DNA from: Vicugna vicugna
Taxonomy: Eukaryota
NCBI GenBank assembly: GCA_013265495.1
Contig: MU058584.1
Span: forward strand, 6,662,407-6,726,406
Length of the DNA stretch: 64,000 nt
Direction of reading: 5' to 3'
Shown here: positions 52,930 through 64,000 of the stretch, in pieces
How the letters are laid out: each line of letters opens with the position of its first letter
Numbering within the stretch: the first letter of the stretch is position 1
Position numbers and translations under genes: made by a program
The notes under the pieces: generated by a model
The model's database searches: none
What the model was told of the DNA's origin: nothing
What the model saw: the letters and a program-made list of their open reading frames with translations, nothing else

Positions 52930-53430
52930 TTAAAAATAAATCTCTTTCTTTCCAATGTTAATACCCTTCTTTCTTTCTATTTTCTTTTTTTTTCTAATAA
53001 TACTGGATGAATGTCCATAAATGGCAAATGATAGCAGTAATAATGGTCATCTTTGTCTTGTTCTTTAATGAAAATACTGCTAACAATTTCCTTATTACAT
53101 TCTGGTTCTGGCTTTTGTGTTTATATTTCACATTAAGAAGCTGACTATATATCTATTTATTTGCCTCAATTAAAATTATCATGTAATTTTTTTAGCAATT
53201 AATGTTGAGAATCATATTGTGGGTTCTTTTTTATCTAACCATCCTTGCATGTTCGAAATAAATACCATATGGTTATGGTTCATTATTTTAATGTGGCTCT
53301 GTATTCTGCTTGCTAATTTTTTGGTTAAGTGCTGTTCAGTAATATTTATAATGAACTTGTCTGAAGTTTTCGTGTGTGTGTGTGCATGTACTATCTTTGT
53401 TGGGCTTTGCCATTAAGGTCATACAACACT
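52930..53430 (-). mobile_element. Old L1 ORF2 (RT region) fragment, antisense
   Basis: 'atggtcatctttgtcttgttc...aaccatccttgcatgttcgaaataaataccatatggttatgg...ctgcttgctaatttttt'. Confidence 0.75.
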
Positions 53431-54084
53431 TCAGATTTGGGGATATGTTCCACCAAGGTGATAAGAGATTAAGTTCATTTCCTTTTAACTAATCTCCTTC
53501 TTCTCTCTGACTAGTAAGTAATCTCCAGATTCTGCAGTCCAGTGTCAAATGGCACCACCTGGTAAGTGACATTCTATGAGGACATTAATGTAACTGAAAT
53601 CTTTTGGGGGGAAAATGAAACTCATTCGCTGTCTCTATTATGAGCCTGTCATAATTAATGTTTAAAATACATTTGTGTGGGTAGAAGGAAAAATGGGCAG
53701 TTTGGTTGAAAAGTGTTTTTAGCTTTTTCTTCCCAGCAGAGTCATATTCTTGCTCACCCTTGTGTGTCCCTGGAAATGACCTTCAACACTAATTCAAAAG
53801 GATGAAAGTTCTGACCCATCCCACTATTTTTCCCACCCACTCCCATCTCCTGACCGGTCTGCTACGACAGCCTATTATCCTTGCTTCCATCATCACTGTG
53901 GAAATCCTTTTCACCAAACTAGGTCAGAAATATTGACCACCAGGAAGAGGACAAGAAGTTATGCCATGGGCAGACAAAAAAAGAAAAAGATTTTTCCCAA
54001 TTCACAGCCACAACTCCAGAGAAATAGACAGGGGAGACAAGGGCAGCTGTGAGAGAGGGAACCCCACTGTTCCCTACTCCAATA

Positions 54085-54335
54085 AGAGTAAAAGTAGCCA
54101 ACACTTCACGTAGCATTTATAACACGTTAGGCATGCGCTGAGTTCTTTAAATGAAAAACTAATTTAATCCTCACAGCAGCCCCGCAGAATAAGTACTGCG
54201 GTAATCCCCACTTGGTAGATGAGGAAACCAAGGCAAGAGGTGACCTTCCCATGGGCCCACAATTTTCAAGTGGCAGAGCCAGGATACAAAGTCATAGAAC
54301 CTGGTTCCACAGTCACTGGTCTAAGCACCAGGCTA
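54085..54335 (-). mobile_element. MIR SINE (near full length)
   Basis: 'atttaatcctcacagcagccc...ccccacttggtagatgaggaaaccaaggc...aagtggcagagccaggat'. Confidence 0.9.
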
Positions 54336-55456
54336 TAATGTATCAACCCTGAAACCAAGAATCTTGCCTGCCCTTGGGATCAAGACCTGTGAATAAATTA
54401 TGAGGTTGAAGATTTTAAATAAACAGGGTTCATTATTAATAATAATGGTGAAGCTGTTTTAATAAATGAAAGAGATGAAAAATTCATGGAATCAGGCTTA
54501 GAAGTCAAGAAGGGAGATAATCATATAGAAGGGGATCTAGGGTAGGGGATCAGCAGAGAAGAGAGGGACAGAGTACAATGGAAGAGTCACAGGGAAAAAC
54601 AATTATTTCATAGTCTTCTCAGCCAAAACAGTGTTATTAACACTCTGCATATTCTATCTCTGGATAGACAGAAGGAAGACTTGGAAACTCTGTTATTATC
54701 CTTTTGTGCTGTACTGTACATGTGTGTGCATTACTTTTTAAAATGTTTAAATCACTAGTGTATAATGCTTTACAAGTTTACTCAAGAAGATGCTTCTATA
54801 GAGAATCTAAGTTTTATCACTGGATCAAACTGTGCATTTGTATCTAAAATTTGAAACCCATCTCTTGCTCTTGTAAAGACGCTGTTTACTACATATGTCT
54901 GTGAATGTGCCTCATCTTCAAATCATCAATTTTATGTTAATTTTTATCTTTATTTTCTTCTAGCTTTTATTTACTTTTATATCATTGGAATTTTTTTTCT
55001 TTGTCTGTAAGCCATTCCAAATCCTTCTTTATTTCTCTGAGGAAGGGGGGGAGGCTTAATTAATAAAGTAAATTAGTAGAGAGCAAGATATCTGATTATG
55101 TGAATTTAAAATTACTTTTTGTTTTGTTATGTTTTGTTGCTAGTAGGGATTGCAAAGTGGAAATTTGCCATCAGTGAGAAATATATTATGCTTTGATCTA
55201 GTGGAATATATACACTGTTAGAAAAATAGAACAGTCCAAACACAATCATTGCCAACACAGCGATGAAGAGTTTTACTGAAAATATTAAGTGAATGGAAAA
55301 TCTAGAAAGCATACAGAGTTGGTTTATGCTATTTATATTACAGAAACAAGTTTATTAGATTCACCAGTTTGTTTCTGAAGGTGCAGCAGGAATCAGCAAG
55401 CTAGTTACTAAGCCTGTAATGTAAGAATGTGGTCCCAAGATTAAAACTGCACTGCA

Positions 55457-55510
55457 TTGACACAACATTGTAAAATGACTATAACTCAATAAAAAAAAAT
55501 GTAAAAAAAA
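55457..55510 (+). mobile_element. Extremely 5'-truncated young L1 3' tip with imperfect TSD
   Basis: 'ttgacacaacattgtaaaatgactataactcaataaa' matches 695-730. Flanks aaaactgcactgca / aaaatctgcactaca. Confidence 0.85.
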
Positions 55511-56053
55511 TCTGCACTACAATTTCAGTTCTTCATTTGTTTTTCAGAAGCAGGGTCTATATTTCACTTAGCTATGGAAAAGATCAAGTCCAGAAACCAA
55601 ACTATATTCAAGAGAATAATATATACTTAGGTTGGAAATAGCTGTATATAGAAAGAAAGGAGATGGTCAAATGGTTCATGGGACAAAAAACAAACTTGTT
55701 TCATGCAGAGGTCACAGTTTGAGCCTAAACTGAGTTCTTGCTAGACCGTGTCTGGACCACTCCAGATGAGACAGAACTGTCGGGATGGAGGAGCCTGCAA
55801 GGAAGAGCACATCTTGTGTGAAGAGATTACCAAGGTGCATAAGCGTGATTCAAGGACAGCAGGCTGGTAGAAAAGGGCAAGAGTGACCTCACTGTAGCTC
55901 AGTCCCAGGACACAGACGCTGAGTCCTGGAAAGGTGGGGCTGCTGTAGAAGAGAGAGAAACAATGAGTAGCTGAAATGGTGACAGTAACAGAAGTCACCT
56001 GTGGCTTTTGCTATAAAGTGAGAGCATCTTTTGTGCAACCCTAGTTTTCTCTT

Positions 56054-56360
56054 TTTTTTATCCAAATTGAAGTATAGTTGACTTACAATATTATGTTAGT
56101 ATGATCCAGCAATTCCACTCCTTTGTATTTATTCAAATAAAAGGAAAACACTAATTGGAAAAGGTATATGCCCCCCTCCTCCATGTTCACTGCAGCATTA
56201 TTTACAATAGCCAAGATACGGAAGCAACAAGGGAATGGATAAAGAATATATAGTACATATATACAGTGGAATATTACTCAGTCATAAAAAGAACTAAATC
56301 TTGCCACTTGCAACAACATTGGTAGACCTGGAGGATATTATGCTCAGTGAAATAAGCCAG
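56054..56360 (-). mobile_element. L1 insertion with 5' inversion (twin-priming structure)
   Basis: T-tract plus 'aattgaagtatagttgacttacaatattatgttagt' (antisense 3' tip, to 56100) abuts a plus-strand ORF2 end 'atgatccagcaattccactc...gtgaaataagccag' (56101-56360). ttctctt lies at 56047-56053 and 56361-56367. Confidence 0.85.
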
Positions 56361-56639
56361 TTCTCTTGATAATGGGTATCAGCAGTCATGGGACTCTATC
56401 AGCAAGCGCTACCAGCAGCAGCAATGCCTTTGACAGATGGCAGCAGCATCTTTAGCAGCATCTTTTGGCTTCAGCAGGAATAGTCAATGTCATCATAGCA
56501 AATCAGAGCAATAAAGAAACTATCATATCTTTAAACTATTATAGATACCTCAGATAATAGCACAAAATTTTCTATATCTAATTAGGTGAATCTATCCAAT
56601 TATTCCAATGCATTGGCTAATTTTACTCATTTACACTTT

Positions 56640-57780
56640 TAGATGAACTTTGGACTATTCTTGTGAAATTTCTCTTAGAATTTCTTTCGGCATTTGATTA
56701 GAATTGCACTAAATTTATAGATTTGTTTATGGAGGATCTATTTAAGCTATTGTCTTGTCATCAGGAACATGTTTTTTCTTTTCACTTACTTGAATCTTCA
56801 GTAAAGTTTTTCTTCAAGTAGACTTTAAATATTTCTTGATCATTTATCTATGAGTATTTTAGATTTATGGCTATTGAGTGTAGAATATGTGATTTGCAAA
56901 GATTTTCTCTTAGTATGTTTCTTTTCTTTTCCTTAATTGTATCTGTTGAAGAGCAAAAGGTTTCAGTACAGGTCCAATTTATCTTTTTTTTTTTCTTTTG
57001 TTGATTGTGCTTTGGGAGCTGTACCTGAGAAAATTTTGCCTAAACCAAAATTGATGAAGATTTTCTCCTATGTTTCCTTTTAAAAATTTTAGTTTTAGCT
57101 CTTACATTTAGACCTGTCATCTATTTTGAGTTACTTTTGTGTAGTGTAAGGTAGGAATATAAATCATCTTTCTGCATATAGATATCCACTGTTCCATTCT
57201 TTTAACATATAATCTCATAGCACTGTTGCAGCAGAACGTAACCTGCAGTTTCTGTCTCTGAGCTCAGAGATTGTTTTCCTTGTGAAGTAGACATATGATC
57301 AGTTTTAAATGCCTTTTTAGTTTTACAGAAGTGGTATGTTCCCATTTTTTTAATGATGCAATGTAGATGAGTTTTTTAAAATACCACTATAAGACAGCCA
57401 TCAACATTTATGGTTCCTGTCATTTCTCTAGGTTGCAAGTTACTTTCTCTTAAAAAAAATTGAAGGCATAAGTTACATTTTTTTCTGGTATCCAGTATAG
57501 CCAATGATCAATGATCAGGGTCTGATTCTCTAGCCTTTGTCATCTGTTTTCTCTCTGGAAGCCTTTAAAATTTTTCTTTACCTTGGCTAAACTGAAATTT
57601 CATAACAGGTTTAGGTGTATTTTTTTTTCAAATATATTAGGCACTTACTCATCTAAAGAGCCCAGCCATTTATCTCGGAGAAATTACCTTGCATTATTCA
57701 TTGGACAATTTTCTTCCTTATGTTTTCTTCATTCTTTCCTTCTGAGACTTCTTTTAGATAGATATTGAATTGTAACATTT
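56640..57780 (-). mobile_element. Patchwork of old antisense L1 fragments (ORF2 and ORF1)
   Basis: 'gaattgcactaaatttatagat', 'tgttgaagagcaaaaggttt...gctcttacatttagacctg' and 'ttttctctctggaagcctttaaaatttttc'. Confidence 0.75.
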
Positions 57781-60339
57781 TAATAATGTTAAGAAGATTC
57801 AACTTGAGACAGAACCAAAGTGTTTCTCCTTGTGGATGGATTGAGGTGTGTGTATTAGGGAATTGGCATGTGAGAACGTTAATTGACAAGACAATTTCAA
57901 TAATGCTCGAGGAGGACTGTTTGAGGAAAGATTAATACCTTAATTATTATGCATTGTTTTAAAATGTAGTTTTGTGGTTCATTCTAACTGCTATTGTTAA
58001 ATGTCTAATAAGTAAAAAGAAGTTTGGGAGTTTTTTTTAAGTGTGTGCATATTAACATAATCCCAGAACCAACACCCTCTATCTTGCCTTCAGGGATCAC
58101 TAGACTTCTTGCTGGAATGTCTGTGGTTTTCCACAGGCTAGATTTGTTAAGTCAGCGTTGCCATTTCCAACTACCAGATAACATGGACTGATGAGGATAA
58201 TAACAAAGACTTTTCTATCCAGTGGAGATTTATTAGTTTAAAGGGAAACCTTTCAATACTGAATCGAGAAGCCGTTTAGTAACATGATCTACCTAAAATT
58301 ATTAGTGTTCATGGGTAACATTAATATTGTCAAAGTGGATAGTAAGAGGCATAACAGGTTGCAAATTAAAGTCCTAGATGGACTGGGGAAAGCTAAGTTG
58401 AAATTGTTTCAAAATAAGTGAATGGTCTATAGGTCTTTCTAAAATGTAGCAATTAGGAAACAGTGTCTGCAATCACCAGCTAGCCAAACCTTTTTAATTA
58501 TTTGGAACAAAATTTTTCTGCTTCAACGAATATCACAGAAAACTTGCGAAGAATGTTTATGGTATTACAATAATCCTTAATGATCTAACCCAGGGGTCTA
58601 ATCCTGGTCTAAACCAGGGATATATTAAAGAAAGGAGTTATAAGCAGCCTTCAAAAAATAAGAGAGTAGCTAGTAATCCTCTCTCTGTTGAACCGTTGAA
58701 GTTGATGTGAACATGATGGTTTTCATCCCTGTTTTGCTTAGGTTTTCTTATATATAGGAATTTACATACTAATAATAAAATGTATTACTAGTTCTGAGGG
58801 TTTATACAATTACATTAAAAAGATGAGAGGGAAGAGAAACCAGTAAGTTTCATCAGCAGAATTCTGTCAGATACTGAAATGGATACGTATGAATATAGGT
58901 CTCCAAAGTGGGCAGTCACCAGCAAGTGTTGGAATGATTACACTGAGACCTGGACTTAAAACAACACTTTAAGTAACCAGTACTAGGCTGATACTACTAC
59001 AGTGTTAGACATACTAACTGTTTATGATGTTTATGTACACTTAAGATTAAAAAATAAATTTCTCTTTTTGCTGGTCCCAAGCAAAGAAAGTGGAAATTTT
59101 TCCCCACTAAGGAAGTGAGGGATATTTGGATCTCAGTGTCTGCAGACATTCAGTGCTTTTATAGTCATGCTATAACTTTTGAGTTGCCTCAAGAAAGTAT
59201 ACCCTAGTGGCCGTCAGTAATGCAGTTCAACAGAAACGCTCATTGCTCTGCTTGGTGAAAAGGAATCAGAGAAAGCACAAGGGGCAGAAGTCCAGCTGAG
59301 AAAAATGAAAAAGGGGAAGAAAAATGATTTTCTAGGTAGAGAACATCAAGTTTCAGTGAATATTAATATTTTTCACCAGAACCAGTAAAATGGCAGGTAT
59401 TATTCCCAGTGCATATGGTTCTGAAATGGAAACAAATGGTTTTGCCACAGAAATGCAGTCTTACTTTCCCCTGGCTAAGGTGGCATCAGAAACATATACT
59501 GTATGAATGTGATTTGAAACATCTGAGATTTAAGAAACTAGTCAGCTTGGCATGACTCCAATTCTTCTGGCCAAGAATGACAAGACATTGAACAAAAATG
59601 TCAATGATATAATATACATATAAAAAGCAGACGGATAACTTAGATAAAAAAGCCAAAATAATAAATATGTAAGCTTAAGGCCCACCACACTGGTCATAGA
59701 ACCCAGTGTTATGAAATACATTACAAAGTACAGATTTCCAGGATGATGACGATTTTATCATTTACTGTGGGTTTCCAATGAAGATCCATAGTGATTAAGG
59801 AGTAATTGAAAATGATATAAAAGAGAACTTACCCATATAATAGAAGTTAAAGCCAGAATGATAACCATTTCTTCCCAGAGGGGGCACTGAAGAGTTTCTG
59901 GGAACACTGGTGAGCATGGTATATATTCTGAACAATAACAAAAAGCCTAACTGGGAAAAGCAGGTGAAATTCTCGGCTAATTCCCATAACCCCCTAGACT
60001 GACACCACTGGAAAACCAGTTTATACACGTTAGACAATACTTACTGCTTTTCCATTTGTGCCCTGGCTTTTGTAATTAGATAAACATTACTAGTACACAT
60101 GGCACAGGAGAAGTCATGCTTATAACAAAGAAGGGGTATTGCTGTACATCAGTCAATCAGCAAAAGATGTGATGCTGCAGTAACAAGGGCAGAACAATAA
60201 GCTGGGGATGGTGCTGTGGTAACAACTTTGTCTCCAAGAAAAAGAGATGCTAGCTAATAGAGGGCAAACAGAGGTCTGTGTTATCATAGATCAACTAAAT
60301 GACAATGTATTACTGTACAAGCAAGCTGCAGAATTTAAA

Positions 60340-60532
60340 AGGGCTTCTCAATTCTGGCTGCACAGCAGAATCTCCTGAAAGGCTTTCTTCTTCTTCTTCT
60401 TTTTTTTTAGTGTTGACATCTCGTCTAGAATATAAACCTATTCAATCCAGATCTCTGGAGGTGTGGCCCAGGAATCAACATCAACATTTTTCAGCCCCTC
60501 TAATGTACTGCCAGTGTTGAGAACCAGTGATT
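60340..60532. mobile_element. MER5-like hAT-Charlie MITE
   Basis: 'gcttctcaattctggctgcacagcagaatctcctg...atctctggaggtgtggcccaggaatc...ccagtgttgagaaccagtg', with inverted termini ttctcaa/ttgagaa. Confidence 0.85.
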
Positions 60533-61089
60533 TAGAGCCTAAGTGTTACAAACTGATTTCCAAGGACTCAAGTCCAGTTGAAACATGTTCTATGAGAAAA
60601 GTTCGCATCGAGGCAATAGTGCCAGAAGGACATTTTTTATATAGAGACAATGTTTAGGCACTGCCCAGAGAAACAGGGATTAGTGGATTTCTGCCCAAAC
60701 TGAATGAAAGTGGTGACAAGGATAAAAAAAAATACATATCTTTTCAAAATAGATGAATCACCATTGTAGTTCCACGTTAGAGTGAAAGTTGTCAGCCATA
60801 TAGAAGGTTTCATACCCTCTCAGTAATAATTATGTTCAGTGTGTTAATAAGTAACATGGCAAAGAATTGTTCTGTCAAGGTTAAGTAAAATCACGTTTGG
60901 TGTTGTCAGGAATCAATGATAGATGTGAATATAAATATTTAATAAGCCTTCTGCACCACTCAGTCTGAGCACAGCCCAGAGAAGGGGTGCGAGAATGCTG
61001 ATTCCCAGGAAGGTCATGGCAGGGTGCTTATGCCTCGTGGGGAGAGGCCATTTTTTAGTTCAGATCCCCAATCAGGAAGCTTCTCTGAC

Positions 61090-61468
61090 TGTCTCAGTCA
61101 ATTTAGGCTGGTTTAACATGGCACCACAGAACAGGTGGCTTAAACAACAGAAATTCATTTCTCACAGTTCTGGAGGCTAGGAAGTCCAAGATCAAAGCAT
61201 AGCAGATTCAGTGTCTGGTGAGATTCCTCCTCCTGGTTTTCAGACAGCCATCTTCTCCTTGCATCCTCACGTGACAGAGAAGCTAGAAGCAAGCTCTCTC
61301 ATGTCTGTTCTTATAAATAGGCTCTAATCCCATTATGGGGGTTTCATCCTCATGCCCTCATCTAAACCTCATCACTTCCCAGTGGCCCCACTTCCTAATA
61401 CCATCACACTGGGGATCAGCATTTCAACAGAGAAATTTTGAGGGAACACAAACATACAGTCCATAACA
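61090..61468 (-). mobile_element. MaLR solo LTR (MLT1A-like)
   Basis: 'ggtggcttaaacaacagaaattcatttctcacagttctggaggctaggaagtccaagatcaa...ctaataccatcacactgggg...aacacaaacatacagtccataaca'. Confidence 0.92.
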
Positions 61469-62849
61469 CGAACTTAACAGAAACCATAAAGCTCCATCCA
61501 TCAGGATAGCTCTCACAGCACATAGAGGCAGAACATAGACCCCACGGGGCACTCAATGCTAGAGTCAGAGGAGCAGCACTGAGCAAACAGAGAAGGTTTT
61601 TTTTGTTTGCTTTTTGTTTTTAGGGTGATAGGTAATCAGGGGCAGGCATTTACGTATGCAGTAGAGGGAATAAGTCCTCTTTAAAAAAATCACTATTATG
61701 CAGCAGTACCTAAAAGAGAACTTTGAACTACTTTGGAAATAGAAATTGAGAATTTCTATAAACAGCACAATGGCCCTGATATAGGAAAGTGACACTGCAA
61801 CAGAGGCTTGCATGAACCAGAGTGGGATGCACAGAAGAAAAAATACACGATTCTTTTAGGTCTTCTCCAGTTCTCCAGTTTCTTGAATAAAGAACTGGAA
61901 ATTCTTAATAGAACCCCACTGATTATCATTTATAAGTCTAAATAGTTATACTAGACAGCTATACATTGACCTGTACATGGTTCTCACTCTATAGTAGTGT
62001 GTATTTGGACATTCTTCAGTAAGGCCTAACTTAAATCACCTTGCTGGTATCTTTCTAGGCAGGCTCCACACCGAGCAGACTGCACTTACAGACAGAAGAG
62101 CATTCCTAACAAAATTTTGTCTGAAAATGCTAATTACATAAGCACAGTGGTTGGCTATAAATGGCTAGCATTTAGCACTGTGTGTGGGTTTAAATTACAG
62201 TTTGTCTGGTCTCAACACTTCTGTGAACCCTTGACTTTATATTCCAAGTCCTGTAAAAGACAGAATTACACACGATGTTATAAGCTTCAAAGGTCTGTCA
62301 CCATTGATTCTCTTCTTTTTTCCGGTAATACAGGCTCAAACAGCTACCAGCCTCTGGGATGCATATTCAGGCCTATTAAGTAATCAAGCCATGATCCTGG
62401 CCATGAATTCCAGGTATAATAAGTTTTAATACACTCTTATTTCACTTATTGAGTACCTTTAAAATGTAATAATATCACAAATGTCCAAAATAAAAAATTA
62501 TTCCAAATTCCACCATCCTATTTCAGCAACTATTAGTTCTTTCTTTCTCATGTTCTTTTTTAATCTTTCTACATTGCATGGATAGGCAGATACTCTAATT
62601 ATTACAAAATCATAAGCAGGTTACACATTCAATTTTCTATACCTCTTTTAATTTTTGCTTTGTTAATTTTTAATTTTTCTGTAAATTTACATTTCCATTT
62701 TAATGGCAGCATAGTATTCCCAAATTTTGAAATTTTCTAAATTATATTTTACCAACCTTAGATAATTATCTTTGTAAATAAAAGACTGTATCTTCTATGA
62801 AATACTTCTTCAAAATACCCTTCTGAGAGTAAAGTTATTGATTTAGTTG

Positions 62850-63165
62850 AAAAGCAACCATGAAAATGCCAATGCCCTGCCTGCTCTGGGAGATCCTCAT
62901 TGGTCAACAGCTCCAGCCGTTGCTTATAGATCCACCAGCTCAGTCTCTGAGGCCTCAACTCCCACAGGTTGCTCCCACTAACGACCCAGCATGGTAGGAC
63001 AAATAACTCCAGTGGGTGACTTCAGCCTGAGGAGTCCCCAGCAGCCAGATTGAACCCTCCTTGGAACTTGCTGCAGTCCAAGACTCATCTTAGCCTAATC
63101 CTCCTTCTTTCTTTCTCTGCTTCTCTTGGAAATCTCTTCTGCATCTGTTTCCCCTGAACCTAAAG
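62850..63165 (+). mobile_element. ERVL LTR fragment (LTR16-like)
   Basis: 'gacttcagcctgaggagtcccc...ggaacttgctgcagtccaagactc...ctgcatctgtttcccctgaacctaa'. Confidence 0.6.
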
Positions 63166-64000
63166 TAATGCAGATGGGCTGAACCTTCTTAGAGCTTTTG
63201 ATAAATAGTGTCAACTTGAAATAAATGTTTCTTCAAAGCCTAGTCACCTAGAAGATATACATACATAGATACATATAAATAAAAGTAGGCGTATTATTTT
63301 ACAGGGTTCATGGAAAGGCTTGCTCTGAATTTTAATTAAATTTTTTTTGGTCTACCTAGGCACAGCATCCGAGTATCATGCTACTTTCCTAATCCCTGTT
63401 CATGACCTGGACCATTTTAGCATTTTAAGGACAGGCAATATGATTTCAAAGCACATTTTAAAACACTATTTTTTATTTATTCCTGGAAGCTTTTGATAGG
63501 TATCTGTTCAGAGTCTAATAATCCATTAGGTCACATGATTAAGTCAAATCAATCTTCCCAAAATTTTAAATATCTAACATATTCTAAGAGATTCCATTTC
63601 AAACAGTGGATACCAGATATTCAGATCTTCTTGTCCAGTAGAGGAAAAAGACTCTGAGTTCAGCACAAGATTTCTTACCTTACCAACTACATTACCATCT
63701 TTTAAAAAATATTATTATTTTCATCTCAAAAGAAATCAGGAGGGGCTGTTATCCAGATCACACCTACTGAAGGAACAATAGCTGTGTCTCAGATTGTCTT
63801 CCTAGCTGTTGATGGGAAGGCTTCTTTTGCCATCTACTGGAAGATATGTCTCAATGTCAGAAATATTAAATGTGAGAAACATAGTATCATGGATTCCATA
63901 AAATGTGGCAGAAATGTATTTCAGCTATCTAAATCTCAGCATAGCTTTATGCGCTTGGCTGAGAAGGTAACCACTCTTTACATTATTATGTCTTTGGAGA

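Noticed and set aside
53529..53567. Perfect donor CTG|GTAAGT suggesting a small exon
   Set aside because: Weak upstream acceptor. Isolated consensus donors are expected by chance in 64 kb.
56385..56480. CAG/GCA-rich patch as a polyQ/polyA coding exon
   Set aside because: The triplets are scattered across frames with stops nearby and there are no convincing splice sites.
58583..58620. Short repeated/inverted 'tctaa..cc(a/t)gg' units as a CRISPR-like or transposon-end array
   Set aside because: Only three degenerate ~12-bp units with no spacers, in a eukaryotic context. Best explained by local micro-duplication.
1..64000. The many 60-190 aa ORFs in the six-frame track as protein-coding genes
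   Set aside because: Short, often with non-ATG starts, low-complexity F/L/I/S-rich, and mostly inside repeats. The only recognisable peptides are decayed L1 ORF1/ORF2 and Charlie transposase.

Overview
This is AT-rich, CpG-poor mammalian genomic DNA (intergenic or deep intronic), dominated by transposable-element relics. I can support no intact protein-coding gene, RNA gene or CRISPR array. The ORF track consists of L1/Charlie remnants or chance frames. A tRNA-derived SINE resembling camelid Vic-1 (45080-45173), an internally deleted Tigger1 copy, and no recognisable Alu, Bov-tA/BovB, PRE-1 or CAN-SINE point to a camelid host (inference). Ancient layers are L2, MIR, MLT1, LTR16/LTR78-like, MER3/MER5/MER103/MER115, Charlie1 and old L1M. 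Younger layers are L1 copies with target-site duplications (TSDs), an ERV1-type solo LTR and the SINE. The most unusual object is a 2.8-kb L1-derived unit (18609-21407) bounded by a perfect 14-bp TSD. It has a sense 5'UTR and ORF1, then out-of-order antisense ORF2 scraps, then a sense poly(A) tail, i.e. a half-L1 (HAL1)-like architecture that simple twin priming does not explain. Repeat family names come from recalled consensus similarity, not a database search, and boundaries without a TSD are approximate.
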